DNA of 63,911 nt, counting the filler, from Licmophora abbreviata (taxonomy: Eukaryota), in assembly GCA_900291995.1 (NCBI GenBank). It is 19 parts of 19 records of this genome, joined end to end, with 100 filler letters (N's around TTAATTAATTAA, not from the genome) between each part and the next. Parts side by side here need not be neighbours in the genome. Positions count along the whole stretch, not along the records: positions 19,976 to 21,384 come from OLMU01004996.1; positions 21,485 to 24,372 come from OLMU01004997.1; positions 24,473 to 26,473 come from OLMU01004998.1; positions 26,574 to 32,125 come from OLMU01004999.1; 15 more parts are not named here. One strand, 5' to 3'. Below the pieces are notes generated by a model that saw nothing but the letters and a program-made list of their open reading frames with translations, searched no databases and was not told where the DNA came from. This document shows, piece by piece, positions 20,191 to 28,639 of this stretch. Made by a program: the position numbers and the translations under genes. Each line of letters starts with the position of its first letter. Position 1 is the stretch's first letter.

Positions 20191-20712
20191 ATGACAGTCC
20201 GTTCTTTTGCGTTTCTTCTGGCCGCCGGTTTTGTGGCCGGGTGTCAGACCACCGCCGCCCTGCGCGAACCCGACATCGTGCAAACCCTGCAAGAGGCGCC
20301 CCCCGGCGCCCCGCCCGGCACCTGCTGGGGCAAGCAGGTCACCCCCGCAATCGTCGAAACGGTCACCGAACAGGTCATGCTGCAACCCGCTGAGATCAGG
20401 GCCGACGGCACCGTCACCCAGCCCGCGATCTTCAAGACCGAAACCCGGCAGGCCATTCTGCGCGAACGCAAGGCGACATGGTTCCAGACCCCCTGCGCCA
20501 CCGAACAGACACCGGATTTCATCGCCTCGCTGCAACGCGCGCTCAAGGTCCGCAACCTCTATCGTGGCCCGATCACCGGCGAGATGGACGCCCGCACCCG
20601 CGCTGCAATCCGCGCCTATCAGAAACCCGAAGGTCTGGATTCAGGCATCCTGTCCCTCGCCGCCGCGCGCAAGCTGGGTCTCGTGGCCGTCGCCGCCCCT
20701 GACGAAAGCTGA
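20191..20712 (+). CDS. Lipoprotein with C-terminal peptidoglycan-binding domain
   Basis: Lipobox FVAGC; LQRALKVRNLYRGPITGEMDARTRAAIRAYQ. Confidence 0.85.
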   Translation: MTVRSFAFLLAAGFVAGCQTTAALREPDIVQTLQEAPPGAPPGTCWGKQVTPAIVETVTEQVMLQPAEIRADGTVTQPAIFKTETRQAILRERKATWFQTPCATEQTPDFIASLQRALKVRNLYRGPITGEMDARTRAAIRAYQKPEGLDSGILSLAAARKLGLVAVAAPDES

Positions 20713-20752
20713 CACGCGCGCCCCGGCCTCAAGCCGAAGCTCAGGCCCAGCC

Positions 20753-21696
20753 TTAGGCCATGCCCCCCTGCACCAGCCGCTCCGCCAGCCGGGCGTAGGC
20801 CTCGGCCATCGGCCCGTCGCCTGCCGCCACGGGAACCCCCGCATCGCCCGCCAGCCGCGTCTCGAGGTCGATGGGCAGCGCCGCCAAGAGCGGCAGGCCC
20901 AGCTTCTCGGCCTCGGCGCCCACGCCCCCATGACCGAAGATATGCGCCTCATGTCCGCATTCCGGGCAATGGAAGCTCGACATGTTCTCGATCAGCCCCA
21001 GGATCGGCGTCTTGAGCGTGCGGAACATGTCCATCGCCTTGCGCGCATCGATCAGCGCGACATCCTGCGGCGTCGACACCACCAGCGCCCCGGTCGGCGC
21101 CGCGCGCTGGCACAGCGTCAGCTGCACACTCCCCGGTGCCGGGCGGCAGATCGACGATCAGCGCATCCAGCTCCGCCCCATTGTACCTGCGACATCATCT
21201 GTTGCAGCCGCCCCCATCAGCATCGGACCCCGCCAGATCACCGCCTTGTCCGCCTCCAGCATCAAGCCGATCGACATCATGGTGACGCCATGGGCGTGCA
21301 GCGGCTCGATGATCTTGCCATCGGGGCTGGCCGGGCGCTGGCTCACCCCCATCATGCGCGGCTGGCTCGGCCCGTGAATATCGGNNNNNNNNNNNNNNNN
21401 NNNNNNNNNNNNNNNNNNNNNNNNNNNNTTAATTAATTAANNNNNNNNNNNNNNNNNNNNNNNNNNNNNNNNNNNNNNNNNNNNATCCCCGGCACAGACA
21501 GGGCGGCGCGCTCGGCCGCGGCCCGCGAGGGCTCCATCTGACGGGCGATATCCGGCGTCGGCGCCTCGATTACGAATCGCACCTGATCCCCCTCGATGGT
21601 CAACGCCCGCACCATATCGCGCGACACGATATTGCCACCATCCGGCAGCTCCAACCTTTCGAGCTGCCTCAGAATGATGTCCCGCGTATTCGCCAT
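20753..21696 (-). CDS. mrp: Mrp/NBP35 (ApbC) Fe-S cluster carrier ATPase; interrupted by a spacer and three single-base insertions
   Basis: [51 protein letters not shown]. Confidence 0.88.
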
Positions 21697-21934
21697 GCCT
21701 ATACTCCCATCTTGCTGATGCAATAGGTGGCAGATTCCCCACCACAGACAAGGGCGCCTCCACATAACGCCCAAAAAATGAACCTGACGCCCAAAGTTAG
21801 GTCAATACAGCTTATGCATTTGCTGCATAGCAGCATTGAGCCAATGGGGGATTGTGCACGCGCAGCATCGACGTATTTTGGTATCAACACAGACACGCAC
21901 CGACCAGTGCACATGATGATAACGGAAACCTGAA

Positions 21935-22156
21935 ATGACGTTCGCCAACTACACACGCGCCGCTGAAACCGGACTGGGCCTCGAACTGGCCTCGGCCCTG
22001 CATCACATGATGCAGCGTTTCACCGATTACCGCGTGTATCGCAAGACCCTGAATGAGCTGCGCGCCCTCGACAACCGCACGCTGGCCGATCTGGGCATTG
22101 CGCGCTGCGGCATCCGTGCCGAAGCACTGCGCGCCGTTTACGGCATGCGCGACTGA
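21935..22156 (+). CDS. DUF1127 small protein (CcaF1-like), directly upstream of CCUCCUCCC sRNA hairpins
   Basis: YRVYRKTLNELRALDNRTLADLGIARCGI motif. Confidence 0.88.
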   Translation: MTFANYTRAAETGLGLELASALHHMMQRFTDYRVYRKTLNELRALDNRTLADLGIARCGIRAEALRAVYGMRD

Positions 22157-22167
22157 GAATTCGAGTT

Positions 22168-22449
22168 CAGGGTCCTCTCTCCTCCTCCCTGAGGCCCCTG
22201 TCAATGGCGGCGCCCCCCTCCTCCTCCCTGGGGCGCCGCCTTTAAGACCCGGATCCGAACGGATCCAGAAGATTGCGAAAGGTCCTCTCCTCCTCCCTGG
22301 ACCGATTGCGACACCAGCGAGACGCCCTCTCCTCCTCCCTGGGCTGATCGCGACCCTTACGAACGGCCCTCTCCTCCTCCCTGGGCCAATCGTGAAAATG
22401 AAACGGCGGCGCCTCTCCTCCTCCCTGGCGTCGCCGTTTTCTTTTTCTC
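22168..22449 (+). ncRNA. CcsR/cuckoo-family sRNA cluster: six hairpins with CCUCCUCCC loops, the last acting as terminator
   Basis: CCTCCTCCC at 22181, 22220, 22289, 22331, 22373 and 22417, each in a stem-loop; final hairpin followed by TTTTCTTTTT. Confidence 0.88.
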
Positions 22450-22530
22450 CCCTCAGGTTATTGCTCTCGACGGGTTGACGCCCCGTCCCTTGCCTGCTGC
22501 ACTCCCTTCACAGTCGAAGGAAGGGACAGC

Positions 22531-23841
22531 ATGACACCAGACAGACAGGATCCCGGCCTGCGCCGTGCGATCATCGACGCCGTGGCCGATGGCTTCGAGC
22601 GCCAAGTGCACTTTCTGGCCGAGTTCACCCGCATTCCCAGCCTCCGCGGCCAAGAGGACGCAGCCCTCGATTTCATGGCAGGCGCCCTGCGCGCGCGCGG
22701 CTGGTCGGTGGATGACTGGACCGCCCCCCTCGAAAGCCTCCGGCACGAGCCGGGCTTTTGCGACTGCGCAGGCGAAGTGCCCTCGATCCGCTCCGTCGTC
22801 GGAACGCTCTCTTCCGGCACCGGGGCTGGCCGCTCCCTGATCCTGCAAGGCCATCTCGACGTGGTGCCCGAAGGCCCCCACGCCATGTGGCAGACCCCGC
22901 CCTTCGCCCCCGAGATCCGCGATGGCTGGATGTATGGCCGCGGCGCGGGCGACATGAAAGCCGGCAAGGTCGCGGCCCTCTTCGCCGTCGACGCGCTGCG
23001 CCGCGCGGGCGTCACACCCTCGGGGCGGCTGCATTACCAATCCGTGGTCGAGGAAGAAAGCTCAGGGCTAGGCGCCCTCGCGACGCTCGCGCGCGGCTAT
23101 CGCGCCGATTGCGCCTTCATCCCTGAACCGACCGGTCTCGGCCTCGTGCGCGCGCAGGTCGGCGCGATCTGGTTCCGCCTCAAGGTGCGCGGCCGCCCCG
23201 CCCATGTGGCCTATGCCAGCACCGGCGCCAGTGCCATCACCGCCACCATGCACCTGATCGCAGCCTTGCAGCAGATGGAAGCGCGCTGGAACGACGAGGC
23301 CCGCAGCCATCCCCAGTATCGCGATGTCCCACATCCGCTCAATTTCAATGCCGGCAAGATCGCCGGTGGCGACTGGACCTCGAGCCTGCCCGCCTGGTGC
23401 GACGTGGACTGCCGCATGGGGCTTTTGCCCGGCGATGACGTCGCCGCGCGCCGCGCCGAGATCACCCGCACGATCGAGACCGCCGCAGCCGAGCACCCTT
23501 TCCTGCGCGACAATCCCCCCGAAATCCTGTGGACGGGCTTCATGGCCGATGGCTACACCCTCAACGATGCCGAGGCGCCCGAAGCCTGCCTCGCGCGCGC
23601 GCATCACACAGCCACCGGGCAGGACCGCCCCGAAGATCAATCCTGGACCGCCCTTACCGACACGCGATTCTACGGGCTCTATCACGGCATCCCGAGCCTG
23701 TGTTACGGCCCGCTGGCCGACAGCATCCACGGTTTCGACGAACGGGTCGATCTTGCCTCGGTCCAGCGCTGCACCGAGGTGATCGCGCTTTTCATCGCCG
23801 ATTGGTGCGGCCTCGACAGCCTGCCCGGCCCCCCCGGCTGA
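22531..23841 (+). CDS. ArgE/DapE-family M20 deacylase
   Basis: SLILQGHLDVVP, MYGRGAGDMKAG, VVEEE, FIPEP, IHGFDE. Confidence 0.92.
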   Translation: MTPDRQDPGLRRAIIDAVADGFERQVHFLAEFTRIPSLRGQEDAALDFMAGALRARGWSVDDWTAPLESLRHEPGFCDCAGEVPSIRSVVGTLSSGTGAGRSLILQGHLDVVPEGPHAMWQTPPFAPEIRDGWMYGRGAGDMKAGKVAALFAVDALRRAGVTPSGRLHYQSVVEEESSGLGALATLARGYRADCAFIPEPTGLGLVRAQVGAIWFRLKVRGRPAHVAYASTGASAITATMHLIAALQQMEARWNDEARSHPQYRDVPHPLNFNAGKIAGGDWTSSLPAWCDVDCRMGLLPGDDVAARRAEITRTIETAAAEHPFLRDNPPEILWTGFMADGYTLNDAEAPEACLARAHHTATGQDRPEDQSWTALTDTRFYGLYHGIPSLCYGPLADSIHGFDERVDLASVQRCTEVIALFIADWCGLDSLPGPPG

Positions 23842-23857
23842 GCCTGACCGCCCGCGC

Positions 23858-23933
23858 GTTTCTTCTGGCTGAAAATATCCCGGGGGAGACGGTCAAATCC
23901 CCTTGGATTTGACCGGCGGGGGCAGAGCCCCCA
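23858..23933 (+). repeat. 76-bp structured intergenic repeat (REP/MITE-like), copy 1
   Basis: 66/76 identical to 40286-40361; internal hairpin plus GGGGGCAGAGCCCCC hairpin; between convergent genes. Confidence 0.85.
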
Positions 23934-23949
23934 AACCCTTGCCCCGATC

Positions 23950-26435
23950 TCAGAACGGCACGTCGTCCGGGCCGGTCACGAAACGGGCCACGACCTTTTT
24001 CGTCCCTGCCTTCTCGAAGGCGATCTCCAGCTTGTCGCCCTCGATGGCGATGATCGCGCCATAGCCGAATTTCTGATGAAACACCCGGTCGCCGACCGTA
24101 TGCGCGCTGATCGCCTGCGCATCGATCACGCTGGAGCGCTGTTCGCGCGGCTGGCTCACGGGCCGCTCCCCGGCGCGCGCCTGAAGCCGCCGCCAGCCCG
24201 GCGAATTATAGACATTCGCCTCCGCCGCCGCCTGCTCGAGCCCCGATTGCACCACCGGCCCGGCACTGGCCGCAGCCGCGCCGTAAGCCCCGCCATAAAG
24301 CCCCGGCGGCGTCAGCACATCGACATGCGCCTGAGGCAATTCATCGATGAAGCGCGACGGCATCTGGCTTTGNNNNNNNNNNNNNNNNNNNNNNNNNNNN
24401 NNNNNNNNNNNNNNNNTTAATTAATTAANNNNNNNNNNNNNNNNNNNNNNNNNNNNNNNNNNNNNNNNNNNNTGAAGCGCGACGGCATCTGGCTTTGCCA
24501 TTGCCCATAGACCCGGCGGTTTCCGGCAAAGGAAATCGTGCAGATCTCCTCGGCCCGGGTGATCCCCACATAGGCCAGCCTGCGCTCTTCCTCGACCCCC
24601 TTCTGGCCGCTCTCATCCATCGAGCGTTGTGACGGAAACAGCCCATCCTCCCACCCCGGCAGGAACACCACGGGAAATTCCAGCCCCTTGGCCGCATGTA
24701 GCGTCATGATCGACACTTTCTCGCCCTGCTCTTCGGACTCGTTGTCCATGATGAGGCTGACATGCTCCAGGAAGCCACCAAGATTCTCGAACTGCTCCAG
24801 CGCCTTGACCAATTCCTTGAGGTTCTCCAGACGCCCCGGCGCCTCGGGCGTCTTGTCGGCCTGCCACATGCCCGTATAGCCGCTTTCATCAAGGATGATC
24901 TCGGCCAGGTCCATATGGCTCAGATCCGCGTCATGGGTCATCCTGCCCCAACGGGCCAATCCCTCCAGCAGCGTGGCCAGTTCGGTGGCCCCCTTGCCGG
25001 TCAGCCCCTTCTCGCGCAAGAGGATCGCCGCCCCCTCGACCAGCGGCACGCCATGCTGGCGCGCGGTCACCTGGATCTTCTGTTGTGCCTTGTCACCCAA
25101 GCCCCGCTTGGGCGTGTTGACGATCCGCTCGAAGGCCAGATCATCCGCAGGGCTGATGACCAGCCGGAAATAGGCCATCACGTCGCGGATCTCCATCCGC
25201 TCGTAAAAGCGCGGCCCGCCGATCACCCGGTAAGGCAGCCCGATGGTCAGGAACCGGTCCTCGAAGGCGCGCATCTGGTGCGAGGCCCGCACGAGGATCG
25301 CCATGTCATCGAGCGAAAAGGGCCGCATCCCGCGCGTGCCGCGCTGCATCGCCTCGATCTCTTCGCCGATCCAGCGCGCCTCTTCCTCCCCGTCCCAATG
25401 CCCGATCAGGCGGACTTTCTCGCCGGCCTCGGTCTGGGTCCACAACTCCTTGCCCAACCGCCCCTTGTTGGCCGCGATCACGCCGCCCGCCGCCGCCAGG
25501 ATATGTGGGGTCGAGCGGTAATTCTGCTCCAGCCGGATCACCTTGGCGCCCGGAAAATCCTTCTCGAACCGCAGGATATTGCCCACCTCGGCACCGCGCC
25601 AGCCATAGATCGACTGATCGTCATCACCCACGCAGCAGATGTTGCGATGCGCCCCCGCCAACAGGCGCAGCCACAGATACTGCGCCACGTTGGTATCCTG
25701 ATACTCGTCCACCAGGATAAAGCGGAACCGGCGCTGATACTGCGCCAGAACATCCTCATGCATCTGGAAGATCGTCACCACATGCAGCAGCAGATCGCCG
25801 AAATCCACCGCGTTCAGATCGCGCAGACGCGCCTGATACTGCGTGTAAAGCGCCACCCCCTTGCCATCAAAGGCCCCCGCCTCGGCGGCCGGCACCTTGT
25901 CGGGCGTCCAGGCGCGGTTCTTCCAATTGTCGATCACCCCAGCCAGATGCCGCGCAGGCCAGCGTTTGTCGTCGATATTCGCGGCCTGGATCAACTGCTT
26001 AAGCAGCCGTACCTGATCGTCGGTATCGAGAATGGTGAAGTTGGATTTCAGCCCCACCAGCTCCTGATGGCGCCGCAGGATCTTGACGCAGATCGAATGG
26101 AACGTGCCCAGCCACGGCATCCCCTCCACCGCCTCGCCCAGCAACCGTCCCACCCGCGATTTCATCTCGCGCGCGGCCTTGTTGGTAAAGGTCACCGCAA
26201 GGATCTCGCCCGGGCGCGCGCTGCCGGTGTTCAGCAGATGCACGATCCGCGTGGTCAGCGCCTTGGTCTTGCCGGTGCCCGCCCCCGCCAGCATTAGAAC
26301 AGGCCCCTCAAGCGCCTGCACCGCGGCGCGTTGTTCGGGGTTGAGATCGTCGAGATACGGCATCGGCCGCGCCGCCATGGCGCGAGCGGCCAGCGATGCG
26401 CCCTCGAACGCGTCGGATTCGTCGAAACTGCTCAT
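23950..26435 (-). CDS. uvrD: ATP-dependent DNA helicase UvrD/PcrA (split by spacer with a 25-bp overlap)
   Basis: LAGAGTGKT, VDEYQD, GDDDQSIY, LEQNYRS, MTLHAAKGLEF, EERRLAYVGITRA; C-terminal Tudor VFHQKFGYG. Confidence 0.95.
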
Positions 26436-26575
26436 GGCGGCCAAGATAGCGCGGCCTCCCGATGAGTTAAAGANNNNNNNNNNNNNNNNNNNNNNNNNNN
26501 NNNNNNNNNNNNNNNNNTTAATTAATTAANNNNNNNNNNNNNNNNNNNNNNNNNNNNNNNNNNNNNNNNNNNNAT

Positions 26576-26590
26576 GTTCAGGGAATGTTC
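26576..26590. promoter_or_regulatory. Alphaproteobacterial LexA (SOS) box GTTC-N7-GTTC upstream of uvrD
   Basis: GTTC AGGGAAT GTTC; separated from uvrD by a spacer of unknown true length. Confidence 0.7.
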
Positions 26591-26632
26591 CCGGCTTTTT
26601 GCGCATCACGCCGCCGCAGCGCCCGCGACCGT

Positions 26633-27100
26633 TCAGGAGCCTGTCTCTCCATCGCCGCGCAACGCCTCGAGATTGCACAGCGATTGCGCGGGCCCCGCCC
26701 CCGGCAGGTCATCGCGCCCTTCGCCGGCATAGCCTTGCCGCATCGCGCGGGTCTGCGCCCAACGCACGATGAAATCCTCGCTGCAGGTGGCATAGGCCAC
26801 GCCCGCCGCCTGCGTGACATGGCGCATTTCATACTCGAACCGGCCCTCGTGACCGTCGCGATCGATCAGGATCACCGCCGGGGCCTTGCCAGTCAGATGC
26901 GCAAAGAAAAGCGCCTGATGCACGCTGTCGCGCGACGAACTTTTGCCATCCAGCCCGATCTCGATCACATGGCGGTCCGTCTCGCAATCCACGCGCACAT
27001 AGCGGCTCATGCCGTTGACATCGAAATACTTGCGGGTCTCCTGCTCGGATCCGGCCAGAAAGGCGCATAAAAGCGCCGCAAGCTCCACTTCACCCGCCAT
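26633..27100 (-). CDS. Hypothetical protein with PD-(D/E)XK nuclease-like pattern
   Basis: E...VRVDCETDRHVIEIG...DSVHQALFFAHLTGKAPAVILI; AAAGGGA RBS. Confidence 0.65.
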   Translation of the reverse strand: MAGEVELAALLCAFLAGSEQETRKYFDVNGMSRYVRVDCETDRHVIEIGLDGKSSSRDSVHQALFFAHLTGKAPAVILIDRDGHEGRFEYEMRHVTQAAGVAYATCSEDFIVRWAQTRAMRQGYAGEGRDDLPGAGPAQSLCNLEALRGDGETGS

Positions 27101-27124
27101 TCCGATCCCTTTGGTTAACGAAGA

Positions 27125-27140
27125 TTAACAAAAGGTTAAC
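27125..27140. promoter_or_regulatory. CtrA-type binding site TTAA-N7-TTAAC (extra TTAAC half-site at 27115)
   Basis: TTAACAAAAGGTTAAC in a GC-rich background. Confidence 0.65.
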
Positions 27141-27251
27141 AGATGCCGGGGCGCGCGGCAAACGCCCTTGGAAGGCATGGTAAACGCCTGCCCTGCTCCT
27201 CCCCATCAATCCCTCTGGACAATGCGATGTAAACGCTTACATTCGCGCGCC

Positions 27252-28391
27252 ATGGATCACCACGCCCAATACCCCGCCCTCTCCGATCTGCGTACCCGCG
27301 CGCGCAGCCGCATCCCCCGTTTCGTCTGGGAATATCTCGACAGCGGCACCGGCGCCGAGGCCACCAAGGCCCGCAACCGCACCAAACTCGACGAAGTGAT
27401 CCTCATGCCCTCGATCCTGCATGGCGAGGTGAAGCCCGACCTGTCGGTAAATCTGATGGGGCGCACATTGCCCCTGCCCTTCGGCATCGCACCCGTGGGC
27501 ATGTCGGGGATGATCTGGCCCGGCGCCGAGGCAATGCTGGCCCGTGCCGCCGCACGTGCGGGCATCCCCTATTGCCTGTCCACCGTCGCCACCCAGACGC
27601 CTGCGGACCTGTCCCGCGATCTGGGCGAGGATGCCTGGTTCCAGATGTATCCCCCCCGCGATCCCGACATCCGCACCGATATGCTGCAAAAGGCCCGCGA
27701 CGCCGGGTTCGGCACGCTGATTCTCACCGTCGATGTCCCCGTTCCCAGCCGCCGTGAACGGCAGGTGCGCTCGGGGCTGACCACGCCTCCCAAACTGACG
27801 CCGCGCCTGATGACGCAGGTGGCGCGCTGCCCGGCATGGGCGCTCGGCATCGCACAGCGCGGCATGCCCCGAATGAAGCTGATCGACGAATATGCAGGCC
27901 AGACCAAGGGCTTGCCCTCGAACAAACACGCAGGCTACCTGCTGCGCACCGCCCCCGACTGGGACTATCTGCGCTGGCTGCGTGACGCCTGGAGTGGCCC
28001 GATGGTCGTCAAGGGCGTGCTCGACGCCGAAGATGCCGGCGCCCTTGAAGCGGCAGGCGTCGATGCGGTTTGGATCTCGAACCACGCGGGCCGACAATTC
28101 GACGCCGCCCCCGCCACGATCGAACGCCTGCCCGCGATCCGCGCCGCCACCCGCCTGCCGGTCATCATCGACGGCGGCTTCGAAGGCGGTCTCGATATCC
28201 TGCGCGCCATCGCCCTTGGCGCCGATCACGTCATGTTCGGCCGGGCGTGGCATTATGCGCTCGGTGCACTGGGTCCCGACGGCCCCGCCCATCTGGTCGA
28301 GATTCTCAAACTCGATCTCGAGGCCAACATGGGTCAGTTGGGCCTGACCGCGCTGACCGAGGTGCGCAACCGGGTAGTCTCGCATGGCTGA
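27252..28391 (+). CDS. FMN-dependent alpha-hydroxy acid oxidase/dehydrogenase (LldD-like)
   Basis: PFGIAPVGMSG, WFQMY, LTVDVP, VKGV, SNHAGRQFD, IIDGG. Confidence 0.92.
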   Translation: MDHHAQYPALSDLRTRARSRIPRFVWEYLDSGTGAEATKARNRTKLDEVILMPSILHGEVKPDLSVNLMGRTLPLPFGIAPVGMSGMIWPGAEAMLARAAARAGIPYCLSTVATQTPADLSRDLGEDAWFQMYPPRDPDIRTDMLQKARDAGFGTLILTVDVPVPSRRERQVRSGLTTPPKLTPRLMTQVARCPAWALGIAQRGMPRMKLIDEYAGQTKGLPSNKHAGYLLRTAPDWDYLRWLRDAWSGPMVVKGVLDAEDAGALEAAGVDAVWISNHAGRQFDAAPATIERLPAIRAATRLPVIIDGGFEGGLDILRAIALGADHVMFGRAWHYALGALGPDGPAHLVEILKLDLEANMGQLGLTALTEVRNRVVSHG

Positions 28392-28639
28392 CCACGCCAC
28401 CCGCTTTCGCGCTCACACAAAGCAAGCCTTTGCTTTGACATGATTTTCCAAAGGTTTCGACCGGACAGGCACACTGCCCGATCGGGCAGAAAATCTCGCC
28501 AACGGGTGGAAGCCCCCGTTGTGCCATTGCGTAAACTTTGCGCAAATCCTAAAAGTTGCCATGAGTGCGCTGCAGCGCAGCAACCCGCGTCGGTGCGTTG
28601 TGCCGGCCACGAACCATATCAGCAGGGGGATCCGGGCCC

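Noticed and set aside
21120..21215. mrp as a pseudogene or programmed frameshift
   Set aside because: Three single extra bases near a contig end; removing them restores [28 protein letters not shown], so sequencing error is more likely
22168..22449. CRISPR array, or the 141-aa ORF with repeated PLLLPG
   Set aside because: Repeats are only ~13 bp, lie in hairpin loops, are irregularly spaced and have no cas genes; the ORF is a read-through of sRNA motifs
24348..24497. 25-bp direct repeat inside uvrD as a target-site duplication
   Set aside because: It flanks a spacer, so it is an unmerged contig overlap; merging restores one uvrD ORF
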